64,000 bases of DNA, from the IMG/VR virus record IMGVR_UViG_3300005573_000006, positions 1 to 64,000 of that record, one strand, 5' to 3'. The DNA comes from a virus. Of the stretch, positions 30,144-40,548 are shown piece by piece; within the stretch, counting starts at the first letter, position 1, and the number at the start of each line of letters is the position of its first letter. The notes below the pieces were generated by a model. That model saw only the letters and a program-made list of their open reading frames with translations. It did no database searches and had not been told where the DNA came from. The position numbers and the translations under genes were made by a program.

Positions 30144-33100
30144 TTATGCTATTAAATTATTTTCTGCGACCAGGAATTCACCAGCAGCGCCTCCGCCTCC
30201 TCCACCAGCCTGATTATTTGCTCCAGCGGTACCACCAGATCCTCCAGTAAGACCACTACTACCATTTTGGGCTGCGCCTGAACCAACATATCCTCCATTA
30301 CCACCCTTACCATTCAATCCACCGCCACCTCCGCCACCTGTTCCACCCCACGAGCTTCCAATAGTACCACCATCACCTCCGTTGCCACCCGTTACGATAT
30401 AAGTTCCAGTATTAGCAGTAAGGGTTCTATATAAAATTAAAATATGTCCTCCCGCTCCTCCACCTCCACCACCGCTAGCTTCACCCCATGCACTTGTTCC
30501 ATTTGCCCCATTCCCTCCAGAAGCATCTATTGTTCCTGTAATATTTAAACTATCATTACACTCTATTAATAAAGCCCCGCCGCCCCTTCCTCCTGCTCCG
30601 CTGGGTGCATTAGTGGATCCGCTTCCGCTACCGCCACCAGGGCCAGATGTAAATTCAACAAATTTTCTATAATTTCTTGATGCTTTAAAAGGATAAAGCC
30701 CTGAAATACTAAATTGGACACCACCGGCGCCAACGACTGCTCCGCCACTAGTTCCCCCAACCCCGCCTCTTCCCGCTACAAGGGCTGTGTCAAGCATATC
30801 TCTATGTGCTAAACCTTCATTACCATTACCTGTTGACGATGCTCCACCCTTGCCTCCTAAATTTCTTAAATCAATAGCTCTTGTGGCTGATGATGTAATC
30901 GTTACATTACCCTTTGATTTAAGAACAATCTTCGTTCCGTTGTTGTGAGGATTACTAAAAGTAAGAGCACCAGTTCCACTTATCGTTATACTTGTATAAT
31001 TCTTTTCAAAATATTCTGCTCCACCTAAATCAATATTTGTTGTTCCAGAAGTAATACTTAATGCCCCGTCAGAACCATTGCCGCCAAAAGTTGCTTTTCC
31101 TAATGTCGGAACATTATCGGCAAATACTTCAAGAATACCAGCAGAATTATCCCATTTAGCGTAGTTTCCAGTAGTCTCATTGCCCATAATTACATCTCCA
31201 ACATCGGTTCCTCCGACCATTGCTTTAAACACATTATCCCCGGCATTATCAATTACTTGTATTCCAGTATTGGTATCTGGAAAGATACGAACTCTTGCTC
31301 CTGAAGACGCCGAGTCATAAGTTCCACCGACTTTTGCTGTTTTGGTAGTTGGGTCGTATCCAGAATCAAAAGTTGTAGCTCCGCTTATTGTAATATTATC
31401 AGCATCAATCTTAATTCCTTCTGTCGAAGCGTTAATTGAAGCAATTACATTTGTTGTTTGTACTGGGGTGAAGTTAAGTTGTGAAAGGGTTACTGTATTT
31501 GTTGATATTTGTCCTCCATCTATTTTGGTTAAATCGCCTGTTTTTCTCCAATTAGAAAGATAAGTTGTGCCGTCTATTAAGACTTTTGAGCCAGCAATAC
31601 TTAATATATTATCCGAAGTAATAGTATTTGTCGCTATTTCATTAGAAGTAATAGTTCCGGCGTGAATATTCCCAGCCACAATAGTATTAGCTGCAATTTC
31701 ATTAGATGTAATAGTAGCAGCGGCAATTTGCGCATTAGTGATAGAACGATTTTCAATATCTCCGCCAGTTATCGCAACTCCACCAGACCCTCCAAATACT
31801 TGAAAAGTGGCTTCTGTGGTTGATTTTTGCGCTACCGCTATTAAAACCTTTCCATCTCCAACCGCATTAGTGGCAGTGGTTGTTATTTGGTAAGCAGTAG
31901 TTGAAACTGCAATATCTAAATAAATATAAGTTATTGCAGTCATATTGCCGGTATTGCCCGCTGAAATAGAATACGAAGTTCCTGCCGCGGTTGTAAAAGT
32001 TCCAGCTCCCCAACTAACAGTATCTGCATCGGTAGAACTAAATACGCAAGTTTGCGTCCATCCCTGAGAAGCAATGTTAGTATCGCTTGAAACTACATTT
32101 CTTGGAGTAGCCGATGCTACTGTTGAAAACGAAGCCGACACATTGCCCGAAGTATCTACTGCTTTAACCCAGTAATAATAAATCTGACCGCCAGTTCTTC
32201 CTCCGTCTATAAAATAATTGGTTCGGCAATTTCCTATCAAAGTGGCAGTCTCGCTATTGTTTGTTGTATTTCTGTAGATATTATACGAAGCTAAATCGCT
32301 TTCGGTGTTATGTGTCCACTGAACTATCACATATTGTATTCCAGCTGTTGCTGAAACTCCCGTAACGGTAGCCGGAGCAGTTGAATCAGAAGGGGTTGTT
32401 TGTATAATATCAGATGAAAAAGCTGAAGATGTCCCGTATTTATTTACCGAACAAACACCGAAGTTATACGAAACATTAGGCGTTAATCCTTCAATAGTTA
32501 TTGTGTTCGTAGTGGCTGGAATATAGGTGTAATAAGTAAGTGCCGCTTTCTTATATCTAACCAAATAGTGGTCAAAAGTGTTTGAAGAAATCGCATTCCA
32601 AGTAAGAACGACATAGGCCGATTGCGAACCGTCCGAACCTGTTGAAATACCACCAGTGGAATATGTTAATCCGGTAGGAACGCTATCTGCGGTTGAAGTG
32701 GCAACATAACTTATTTGAGTTCCGGTTATTCCGGCAATCGTAGATGTTCCGTCTATTACACCTCCAGTAATATTTATACTAGAAAACGTGGCATCACCAT
32801 TACTAGATATTTTTGCTGGTGCAGAATCAAATGTTGCTGCTCCAAGCCACATATTACCATTTATGTCAACATGGAAAGAAGTAGAATCAGAACCTCCTAT
32901 ATCTATTGTACTGGCAGATAATGCTCCAGAAAAAGTACCACTATTAAATTCAACATCTCCGTTTTCGTCTATTTTCCATCCGTCACTTCCGGATTTATAG
33001 TTTGGGGACATTATAGAAGAACTAGTGGTTTGATATGGTGCCGCATTTTTAATATTTAAAATCTGGTCCTCTAATAAGGATACTCTTTTTTCAAGCAATA

Positions 33101-33152
33101 CTGTTTTATCTTCCTCGTAAATACTGCGTATTTTTATTTCGTCTTTATCCAT
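30144..33152 (-). CDS. tail fibre/spike protein with two FN3 domains and Gly-rich C-terminus
   Basis: GWKIDENGDVEF; W...Y.VRY..L.PN.SY; W..NTESDLASYNIYR...YYYWVKAVD; ITxxxIAAxT repeats; GGGGG motifs. Confidence 0.8.
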   Translation of the reverse strand: MDKDEIKIRSIYEEDKTVLLEKRVSLLEDQILNIKNAAPYQTTSSSIMSPNYKSGSDGWKIDENGDVEFNSGTFSGALSASTIDIGGSDSTSFHVDINGNMWLGAATFDSAPAKISSNGDATFSSINITGGVIDGTSTIAGITGTQISYVATSTADSVPTGLTYSTGGISTGSDGSQSAYVVLTWNAISSNTFDHYLVRYKKAALTYYTYIPATTNTITIEGLTPNVSYNFGVCSVNKYGTSSAFSSDIIQTTPSDSTAPATVTGVSATAGIQYVIVQWTHNTESDLASYNIYRNTTNNSETATLIGNCRTNYFIDGGRTGGQIYYYWVKAVDTSGNVSASFSTVASATPRNVVSSDTNIASQGWTQTCVFSSTDADTVSWGAGTFTTAAGTSYSISAGNTGNMTAITYIYLDIAVSTTAYQITTTATNAVGDGKVLIAVAQKSTTEATFQVFGGSGGVAITGGDIENRSITNAQIAAATITSNEIAANTIVAGNIHAGTITSNEIATNTITSDNILSIAGSKVLIDGTTYLSNWRKTGDLTKIDGGQISTNTVTLSQLNFTPVQTTNVIASINASTEGIKIDADNITISGATTFDSGYDPTTKTAKVGGTYDSASSGARVRIFPDTNTGIQVIDNAGDNVFKAMVGGTDVGDVIMGNETTGNYAKWDNSAGILEVFADNVPTLGKATFGGNGSDGALSITSGTTNIDLGGAEYFEKNYTSITISGTGALTFSNPHNNGTKIVLKSKGNVTITSSATRAIDLRNLGGKGGASSTGNGNEGLAHRDMLDTALVAGRGGVGGTSGGAVVGAGGVQFSISGLYPFKASRNYRKFVEFTSGPGGGSGSGSTNAPSGAGGRGGGALLIECNDSLNITGTIDASGGNGANGTSAWGEASGGGGGGAGGHILILYRTLTANTGTYIVTGGNGGDGGTIGSSWGGTGGGGGGGLNGKGGNGGYVGSGAAQNGSSGLTGGSGGTAGANNQAGGGGGGAAGEFLVAENNLIA

Positions 33153-35103
33153 AAATTGATGTTGTTCTACTTAATAATCCTAATGATATTAATATGGGTC
33201 TTGCAATTGAACCATTGCTTTCCATTGTAACCTTCGCTTGTAATGTTCTACCAACCAAAGATGTCCAGTCTCTTTTCCAATAAGTATCGCCAGTTCCTCC
33301 ATCATGTAACTGATCATTACTGCTAGTTAATGAGTTTACAGAATTTGTATCATAAGATGTGGCATTGTCTACTTTGGCAGATATACCAATTGAACAATTC
33401 GCTGCTAATGGTTTTGATACTATTAAAAAACCAGTCCATTCTTTCAAAAATTCTGGTTTACCACCATCTACAAACACTGTTTCTATAACAGCATTAGAAC
33501 TATATCTTGGACTATTGTTGCCTTCAAGTTTTATACTCGTAGCAACTGTATCATCTACAAATGCACCATAAATATTTGGTCCTGCTCCAAAAACAGCATA
33601 TGGAATATGAACAGAATAATCACTAACATTAAATCTACGTCCCAATACTAATGCAAATGGACTGTTGGCATCAAATCTGCCAAATTCATATAATCCTGTT
33701 TTATCGGTTTTCCACAATCCAAAATATACCCTATCGTTTGCCACAAATTTACATGCATCTGGAATAACTGGTTGATCATCTGTTTCTGTCTCAACATTTG
33801 ATAAATTATTTACCAAAATAGTGCCACCATCCGTTAATCTATATATAAATAGTTTACCATTTTGCGCACAAAATACAAATGGTATTTCTTGATAATTAAC
33901 AATTATTTGTGGGCCACCCATCGGTATGTTTTTAACATCTACTGGTTGCTCATAACTTGACAAATCCCAATATATCACTTTAGAATAATTTAGTTTAGAA
34001 TTTATACTTCTTGTTAATATTCCCAAAAAGTTACCAAATATATCTGCACTAATCGCATCCCAGCCGTTTGGCAACGTAAATCTCTTTTCAATAAATTGTC
34101 CATCTATATCTATTTCAGAAATATATTGACCATTTAATATGTAAAGCCCTCCGTATGCTTCTATCATAGCAATACGATCCGTTGCCTTGCCAAGTCCAGG
34201 AAGTGTCATTGTTGTATTTGTCTGATCTACTTGCGATTCATTTGTAGCAGAAGACAATGTTCCTAGTTTTGTTAAAGTATTTGTATCATCAACATAATAT
34301 AAATAACTTACCCTTGCATACATTGTACTGGTAGTATCATCAGCGCCAGAATTGGGGACAGTATATGTAAAAGTTTTTGCCCCCGTAACAGTTATTGTAA
34401 AAGTTCCATTAAATTCTTTTGTAGACGATCCAACTATAACAACAACATCGTTGTTTGTCAACAAATGATTATTAGTCGTTGTAGCAGTGGCAGTTGTTGT
34501 AACCCTTGTAATGCTATCAATTGCAATTTGATGTTGATGCCTTGCTATTGGTGACTGCCAGTTAAAATTATAAGATGAAGTTTTAAATACCGCCCATGCA
34601 CCCGGAGTATCGGCGCTGGCATTTGTTTTTTTCCATATCTTTATCTTTGGTGTACCAGCCCCATCGTTACTTAAAGCAAATAAGTTATCATTTTCATCAA
34701 GAGTATATCCTATTGTCTCATAAGGCATTACAGACATATACATAGTTCCGGTCGCTGGTGAAGTTGGAGATCCGCTAACTGTAAATGTAAAAACAGTATC
34801 ATTTACAACTGTAACAGTTTTAGTTCCATTATACTCTGACTGATCCGAACCAAATATAGTTACAACATCATTTGTTGTTAATCCATGGGCAGTAGATGTA
34901 GTAACCGTTGCCGTTGTTCCAGATCTTGTTATGCTACTAATCAGAAAATCGCCACGAAATATTGTATTCGGAGTAACAGAACTTTTATTAGAAAATATAT
35001 CAACCTCTTCCATATTTAAATGGACGCCCTCAGTAGTATCTCTTTCGTTTGTAGTAATACCACCATAAAATTTATTTATACGATTTAGTATTTCATCTGC
35101 CAT
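33145..35103 (-). CDS. tail nozzle/stabilisation-like protein with two inserted beta-rich repeats
   Basis: KFYGG N-terminus; duplicated ISSITR..TATVTT..AHGL..NDVV.I.G....YNG unit. Confidence 0.6.
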   Translation of the reverse strand: MADEILNRINKFYGGITTNERDTTEGVHLNMEEVDIFSNKSSVTPNTIFRGDFLISSITRSGTTATVTTSTAHGLTTNDVVTIFGSDQSEYNGTKTVTVVNDTVFTFTVSGSPTSPATGTMYMSVMPYETIGYTLDENDNLFALSNDGAGTPKIKIWKKTNASADTPGAWAVFKTSSYNFNWQSPIARHQHQIAIDSITRVTTTATATTTNNHLLTNNDVVVIVGSSTKEFNGTFTITVTGAKTFTYTVPNSGADDTTSTMYARVSYLYYVDDTNTLTKLGTLSSATNESQVDQTNTTMTLPGLGKATDRIAMIEAYGGLYILNGQYISEIDIDGQFIEKRFTLPNGWDAISADIFGNFLGILTRSINSKLNYSKVIYWDLSSYEQPVDVKNIPMGGPQIIVNYQEIPFVFCAQNGKLFIYRLTDGGTILVNNLSNVETETDDQPVIPDACKFVANDRVYFGLWKTDKTGLYEFGRFDANSPFALVLGRRFNVSDYSVHIPYAVFGAGPNIYGAFVDDTVATSIKLEGNNSPRYSSNAVIETVFVDGGKPEFLKEWTGFLIVSKPLAANCSIGISAKVDNATSYDTNSVNSLTSSNDQLHDGGTGDTYWKRDWTSLVGRTLQAKVTMESNGSIARPILISLGLLSRTTSIYG

Positions 35104-35111
35104 TGCTTATT

Positions 35112-35417
35112 TTAAACTGAACTTTTAGTATATTGTTGTGTTTTAGAATAATCAAGTTTGGGTTTTGGAAGTCTTTTTATAAGATCGTGGTTTGGTAAAG
35201 TGGGCAACATATTTGATGAAAAAGAATAAGGATTGGGAAGCCCCGTTGATTTCGTGGCCCAGTTATTATATCCACTTTCTACCTCCCACGCTCTTTGCTG
35301 TTCTGGGGACACGTTTTTATATCCTCCACCGCCATAATCATGAAAGGATATTCCCTGATATGAAGGATTTGGATTTGATAGTTGTTTATTTGGTTTTATA
35401 TCTTCCACTCGCAACAT
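35112..35417 (-). CDS. hypothetical protein
   Basis: ORF with an upstream TTGAAA-17-TATAAT promoter. Confidence 0.5.
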   Translation of the reverse strand: MLRVEDIKPNKQLSNPNPSYQGISFHDYGGGGYKNVSPEQQRAWEVESGYNNWATKSTGLPNPYSFSSNMLPTLPNHDLIKRLPKPKLDYSKTQQYTKSSV

Positions 35418-35448
35418 AATTGTATTTAATTATATTATAACACAAATA

Positions 35449-36201
35449 CTAACTATTTTCAAATAGTTCTATTATTTCTTTTGGCGCGGGTGAATAAACT
35501 GCTTTACTTTGTTCTATTCCTTGTGGTCTAACTATCATATTAGACCCTGGTTCCCATTTACTCCATACATTTACATACCAAGAAGTTAAATCATTTATTG
35601 TATCCGCATGTTCATAACTGGTCAATTTTTGCAATATTTGTTCATCTGTTCTGACATATGAAAAATGATGACTAGTTATGTCTATATAAGTAATACAATC
35701 TTTAGTATTACCATCGCCATTTATATAGTTAGCGTTTCTAGCAAAAGTAAATAATACAGATTTTGGGTCAACAACCAAAATAAATCTGGCAACATCGGTT
35801 GGAAATAATATATATTCTGGTGTTTTCCAATAAACAATAATATTTTTTGGATAAGCAACTGGAAACCAAGAATCTTTTTGGTTTAATCTTTTTAACAATA
35901 TCTTCTGATCATCTTTTGTAAAAAACTCGTCCGAATCTATGATTAAAACCCAGTCATAATCATATAATCTCGCTAATCCCCAGTTTCTTTGTTCTGATTC
36001 GCTTTGCCATCTTCCCAAAACAGCATCAGCCCCCATTTCTAATGCTATTTCATAAGATTTGTCTCTTTCATAAGTTGGTCCATGCCATGGTTTCTCACTT
36101 ACTAAAACAAGATGTTTGTCAACAACTCCTCGCCAGTTTTTTATACAGGCTTTTAGATTCTTCTCGTCATTGTAACATAATGTTTCAATAGCTATTCGCA
36201 T
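35449..36201 (-). CDS. GT2-like glycosyltransferase
   Basis: CYNDE, EQRNWGL, WVLIIDSDE, HHFSYVR. Confidence 0.85.
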   Translation of the reverse strand: MRIAIETLCYNDEKNLKACIKNWRGVVDKHLVLVSEKPWHGPTYERDKSYEIALEMGADAVLGRWQSESEQRNWGLARLYDYDWVLIIDSDEFFTKDDQKILLKRLNQKDSWFPVAYPKNIIVYWKTPEYILFPTDVARFILVVDPKSVLFTFARNANYINGDGNTKDCITYIDITSHHFSYVRTDEQILQKLTSYEHADTINDLTSWYVNVWSKWEPGSNMIVRPQGIEQSKAVYSPAPKEIIELFENS

Positions 36202-36887
36202 TTTATTTTCTCTTCCCAATAATCACCTATTAATCTATTTGCTTCTTCTTCTAACCACAACCTGTTTATACCATCATATTCTATATTTCGCTTCGGGTAT
36301 GATCCAAACCAAAAATGATGCACTACATTACCATAAAATGTCCCACATCCATATCCAGATTGTCTAACTGGTAAAAATAGTTTCTTATCTAAAGATTGCG
36401 ATATCCCATAACCAGATTCATGATTAGCAATATTTAATTCTTTTGTAAAATCTGTCCTCATTTTTTCTAGTCCAATTTTTTTCATTTTTTTCATATTGAT
36501 AATAAAGAAATTCTGATTAGCAAATCCGGGTGCATTTCTATTTAATCCTTCAAATGGTATTACCTCTTCAACACCAATTAAATCATATTCATTATTTCTT
36601 ATTTTATCTAACATATCATCAATATTTTTTAATAAAAACACATCGTGTTCTATATAAACCGCTATTGGTGTTTTACATTCTTTTGCTAATCCAATGGCAG
36701 CATCTACCCAAAGATTAGAATGCATATCATGTTTAATAATCTTATATTTAACATCTATCGGTTTATCGTCTTTTTGCTGGCTTATTATTATCTTAGCATT
36801 AGAATAATATTTTTTGATACTGTCAAGACAGATTTTTAAAAAATCTGGTTGGGCAAAGTAAGTTATTAAAAAAGTTACGTCTTTCAT
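36192..36887 (-). CDS. GT-A glycosyltransferase
   Basis: VTFLITYF..P.FLKICLDSI, YIEHDVF, HFWFGS. Confidence 0.75.
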   Translation of the reverse strand: MKDVTFLITYFAQPDFLKICLDSIKKYYSNAKIIISQQKDDKPIDVKYKIIKHDMHSNLWVDAAIGLAKECKTPIAVYIEHDVFLLKNIDDMLDKIRNNEYDLIGVEEVIPFEGLNRNAPGFANQNFFIINMKKMKKIGLEKMRTDFTKELNIANHESGYGISQSLDKKLFLPVRQSGYGCGTFYGNVVHHFWFGSYPKRNIEYDGINRLWLEEEANRLIGDYWEEKIKCE

Positions 36888-37699
36888 TTATGTAAATAAT
36901 TACATTTTAATGGCCATTTGCCAGCTAATACATTTTTAGTAGCTGCACCATTTCGTTTAAAATGATTTATTTCCCAATCTATAGGTCTTGGATCAAAATC
37001 TTGATGATAAATACCATAACATTCGTTTTCTCTATCGATATAAATATCATATCCCAACATTTTTGCCCTCAACGCAAAGTTTTTATCTTGACCGCAATAT
37101 ACTATTCCACATTTTTCTTCCATACCACCAAGTTCTTCTAATATAGTTCTGGGAAAAGCACACCAGTTAAATTCAAAATTTAAATATTGATCCGTGTTTT
37201 CTATTTTTTCTTTAGAGCCACTTTTTCTTTCATCAATTTCTCTAATAATAATATTTTCAGGAAATGTTTCCATTGGTTTTTCAAATATGGTTATTTTACC
37301 ACAGGGATTAATAACCGGTGGAGAATCTATCTTATCTCCCACTCCAGTAAATAATGCATCACCATATGTCCTCCAGTCTTTATAAAATCTTTCTAATGCA
37401 TTTGGTTTTATCCATATATAATCTTCTAATACAACTATTAACTCACCACTTGACAGATTAAAACAATCATTATATGCTTCTGGAAGATTCCATACATGAT
37501 TTTCTTTTTTAGGACGCGGTTTAAAATGTTTATAGTTAATTTCTTTTACATATTCTTTAACTTCATCTTTCCTTTCTTCATATAGTTCATCGCCAAAGAT
37601 CCACTCCATGTCTTTAAATGTCTGATTTTTTAGAGTATTATAAAATATATCTATAGATCCCCAACGATTAGAAATTGATATTACAGAAATTTTTACCAT
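36884..37699 (-). CDS. GT2 glycosyltransferase
   Basis: ISVISIS, L.NQTFKD.EWI..D, AYN, VLEDY, LGGMEE, QD..FALR. Confidence 0.85.
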   Translation of the reverse strand: MVKISVISISNRWGSIDIFYNTLKNQTFKDMEWIFGDELYEERKDEVKEYVKEINYKHFKPRPKKENHVWNLPEAYNDCFNLSSGELIVVLEDYIWIKPNALERFYKDWRTYGDALFTGVGDKIDSPPVINPCGKITIFEKPMETFPENIIIREIDERKSGSKEKIENTDQYLNFEFNWCAFPRTILEELGGMEEKCGIVYCGQDKNFALRAKMLGYDIYIDRENECYGIYHQDFDPRPIDWEINHFKRNGAATKNVLAGKWPLKCNYLHK

Positions 37700-37717
37700 T
37701 TTTAAAATATACTATAT

Positions 37718-38287
37718 TTACTTGTTTTTTATTGCCCATAATGCATCTCCCGGTTTAACCCCGTCAGCATTTTCCCATCGATGAAAATTATTAAGAATAT
37801 CAACCTGATAACCTCTTTTCTCAAAATAGTCTGGACTTAATCTAATATGATGTATTTGATATTGATTACTTAAATCTTCGGGAATTCTTAACTTATATTT
37901 ATTTCGTTCAATTGGCCCAAAGATCAAAATTCTTTTCAAATTTGGGATTGTTGTTTCAATCTTTTCAAGCAATTTATCAAGATTGTTATAGGTCATATGT
38001 TCGGCAACATCAAATAACATTACAACATCTGCATCCGGAAAGTCCATTGTTAAAATATTATCAACAATTTTAATATGTTCTTTTGCTTTAATTTTTGATT
38101 CATCAATTTCATCTAAATATTTTGGCCAAATATCAACGCTAATTAATTTTTTAAACGGAAAATCAAAAATATGTGCTGCGAGAGCTGATGTATAATTTCC
38201 CGCACCCAGATTTAAAACTATAAGTTCTTCAATATTAAGACCTTTTAGTTTTGGAGCTAAAAATAATTGTGGATTAACCGGTAACAC
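37718..38287 (-). CDS. class I SAM methyltransferase
   Basis: VLNLGAG, SVDIW, DVVMLFDVAEH. Confidence 0.8.
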   Translation of the reverse strand: MLPVNPQLFLAPKLKGLNIEELIVLNLGAGNYTSALAAHIFDFPFKKLISVDIWPKYLDEIDESKIKAKEHIKIVDNILTMDFPDADVVMLFDVAEHMTYNNLDKLLEKIETTIPNLKRILIFGPIERNKYKLRIPEDLSNQYQIHHIRLSPDYFEKRGYQVDILNNFHRWENADGVKPGDALWAIKNK

Positions 38288-38296
38288 AATATTTTA

Positions 38297-38740
38297 TTAC
38301 AATATTTTATTTTTTATAAACGTTTTTATTTTTTCTTTTGTTAATTTATGAAGTCTTGGGCCACCAAAATAACTTTCTGTTATTTCTTCTCCACATTTTA
38401 TATCTCTTAATACTCTTACACCATCGCTATTCGGATTATCAGAATGATTCATTAAACATTGTAAAATAATTATACTATTTGGATGTCTAAAACACATATC
38501 TTCTCCTTCATAAAATATTGTTCTGTCAAGAATCATATCTTGTATTGGTTTTTCTATTAATTTAAAATCTTCTTCGCTAATACATATTCTACCGCGAAAA
38601 TCTTGTCCATTGTTTATTACAGTCCCTTTTGGAATGTCTCTAATTGCAAAAACACCAACTCCATGAATTTTAGATGGTTTTATTGTTGCCCACACATCCT
38701 TATTTAATTTTTCAACTAACAGATTCATATATTTATTCAA
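38297..38740 (-). CDS. SET-domain protein-lysine methyltransferase
   Basis: PSKIHGVGVFAIRDIPKGT, MNHSDNPN, RDIKCGEEITESY. Confidence 0.92.
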   Translation of the reverse strand: MNKYMNLLVEKLNKDVWATIKPSKIHGVGVFAIRDIPKGTVINNGQDFRGRICISEEDFKLIEKPIQDMILDRTIFYEGEDMCFRHPNSIIILQCLMNHSDNPNSDGVRVLRDIKCGEEITESYFGGPRLHKLTKEKIKTFIKNKIL

Positions 38741-38744
38741 TACA

Positions 38745-39308
38745 TTAGTTATTATTTTTAAATAGTTGTATATTTGACGGCTTTCTTCCCCATTTGTCTA
38801 TAAATTTTTTTAAATTATCACTAGATATTTTATCTCTATCAAATAACTTCATTGTTGAAGAAGTGTCACCAACAACCTTTAGTTTTGCATCTTGTAAAAA
38901 TGGAATATTTAATTGTTTTATTCTTTCAAAATAATCATTATCTTCATAATATCCTATCTCAAATCTTTCATCAAAATCACCAACCCCTTCATATACCCAT
39001 CTGGGCATACAAAAGAAACCACCATAAAATTCCTGAACAACACCGTTTACCGACGGACTACATACTCCTTCTGGTTTAGCAATATATTCTAATAATCCTT
39101 CTTGTATATATAAATCATTGTTAACAACACAGATATAATCACCGCTTGCAATTTTTAGTCCGCAGTTAACTGCTTTAGCAAATCCTATTTTATCATTTAC
39201 AATAATTAAAATTTCATAAGCTCCAACCAGGCTATTAACACATCTTTTAAGTTTTGTGTTTATTTCTTCGTTATATGGATAATGCGGAATTACAACTGAT
39301 ATTTTCAT
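38745..39308 (-). CDS. GT2 glycosyltransferase
   Basis: ISVVIPHY, GFAKAVNCG, VNND, VGDFDERF..GYYEDND. Confidence 0.9.
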   Translation of the reverse strand: MKISVVIPHYPYNEEINTKLKRCVNSLVGAYEILIIVNDKIGFAKAVNCGLKIASGDYICVVNNDLYIQEGLLEYIAKPEGVCSPSVNGVVQEFYGGFFCMPRWVYEGVGDFDERFEIGYYEDNDYFERIKQLNIPFLQDAKLKVVGDTSSTMKLFDRDKISSDNLKKFIDKWGRKPSNIQLFKNNN

Positions 39309-39309
39309 T

Positions 39310-39801
39310 TTATGTGTTATTACTACCGTTTGTTGCATATACAACCAAATAATTTTCTTTTTTATCGCAATGTTGCCACAATTCGTCTTTTATAATCCAT
39401 TTTCCAATCAACATTCTTTTAAACTGATCTTCTGACACGTCGGTATCTATTGCTGCCGATATAATCAAATATTTAGTTTTTAATTTTGATAAAAAATCTT
39501 CTGGTTCTTTTAAGTGTAAAAGTGTATCTAAACAAACTATAGCATCAAACTCATAACTTACCACATTTTTATCGTCAAAATCCACTTCTAAATATTCTCC
39601 AGGATAATCTATTCTTGCCTGTTTGACAACTTCTGGTTTATCTAAACCGATAACTTTTCTTCCGTTTTTAAGAACTTTTGTGCCATAACCTGTCCTACAG
39701 CCAATATCACCAACAAGAATATCTTTTGGTAATACTCTATCGGCAAATTCATACTGTTCTAACAAAATCTTTGATTTTCTTTTTAAAACCGAACTATTCA
39801 T
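39310..39801 (-). CDS. class I SAM methyltransferase
   Basis: YEFA, DIGCRTGYG, IGLD, FDAIVCLDTLLH. Confidence 0.8.
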   Translation of the reverse strand: MNSSVLKRKSKILLEQYEFADRVLPKDILVGDIGCRTGYGTKVLKNGRKVIGLDKPEVVKQARIDYPGEYLEVDFDDKNVVSYEFDAIVCLDTLLHLKEPEDFLSKLKTKYLIISAAIDTDVSEDQFKRMLIGKWIIKDELWQHCDKKENYLVVYATNGSNNT

Positions 39802-40547
39802 ATCGTATATGTGAAAAAATAACTATCATCTCCGCGTTCATCTTTACATGGAAACATTTTAAACCCATTCTTTTTACCAAACTTATTTAGTATATATTTC
39901 AATGTATATTTTCTCAAATGCTCTGGTTTTCTTTCTAACATAATTTTTAAATAATCATCTGAACGTTTTTCTCTAACTATTTTTGGTAAATTTATAATAA
40001 TTGTTCCGCCATCCTTAGCGACATTTTCCATTGCTTCTATTGTTGCATTATCATCTAAAACATGTTCTAATACATCGAACGCAGTTATTATATCAAATTT
40101 CTTGTTCCAAATATTAGAAATATCTTGTGCTCGCATATTAAAAAAATCACAGTTCAAATTATTAATCTTCGATTCATAGTTTGACATTGCCTGATTAATT
40201 ATGTCAACACCATATCCAAATATTGTTGGAAACTCTTTAACAATGCTCATTAAAAAAGAACCATTAAGACAACCGATATCTAACATAAATACTTCTTTTT
40301 TATCCTTTACAATATCTGCTATAATACTTCTTGCAATTTTAAACTTTTGAAAATCTTGTATATCTGATGGCCCCGTCCAATACCTTTCACCAGGATGTAA
40401 TTCTTGATATTCTATGTCTTTATATCTCTTTTCAATTATCTTTCTAACAAGATTGTCTTTTGGTAATTTAACACAAAGTTTTCTGGCATTGTCCATATCA
40501 TTATCAAGATACATCCAGGCTATTTTTTTTTCTAAACTTTCTTTCAT
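39798..40547 (-). CDS. class I SAM methyltransferase
   Basis: LDIGCLNG, GVDI, FDIITAFDVLEH, GG.IIINLP, EHLRKY. Confidence 0.88.
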   Translation of the reverse strand: MKESLEKKIAWMYLDNDMDNARKLCVKLPKDNLVRKIIEKRYKDIEYQELHPGERYWTGPSDIQDFQKFKIARSIIADIVKDKKEVFMLDIGCLNGSFLMSIVKEFPTIFGYGVDIINQAMSNYESKINNLNCDFFNMRAQDISNIWNKKFDIITAFDVLEHVLDDNATIEAMENVAKDGGTIIINLPKIVREKRSDDYLKIMLERKPEHLRKYTLKYILNKFGKKNGFKMFPCKDERGDDSYFFTYTI

Positions 40548-40548
40548 A

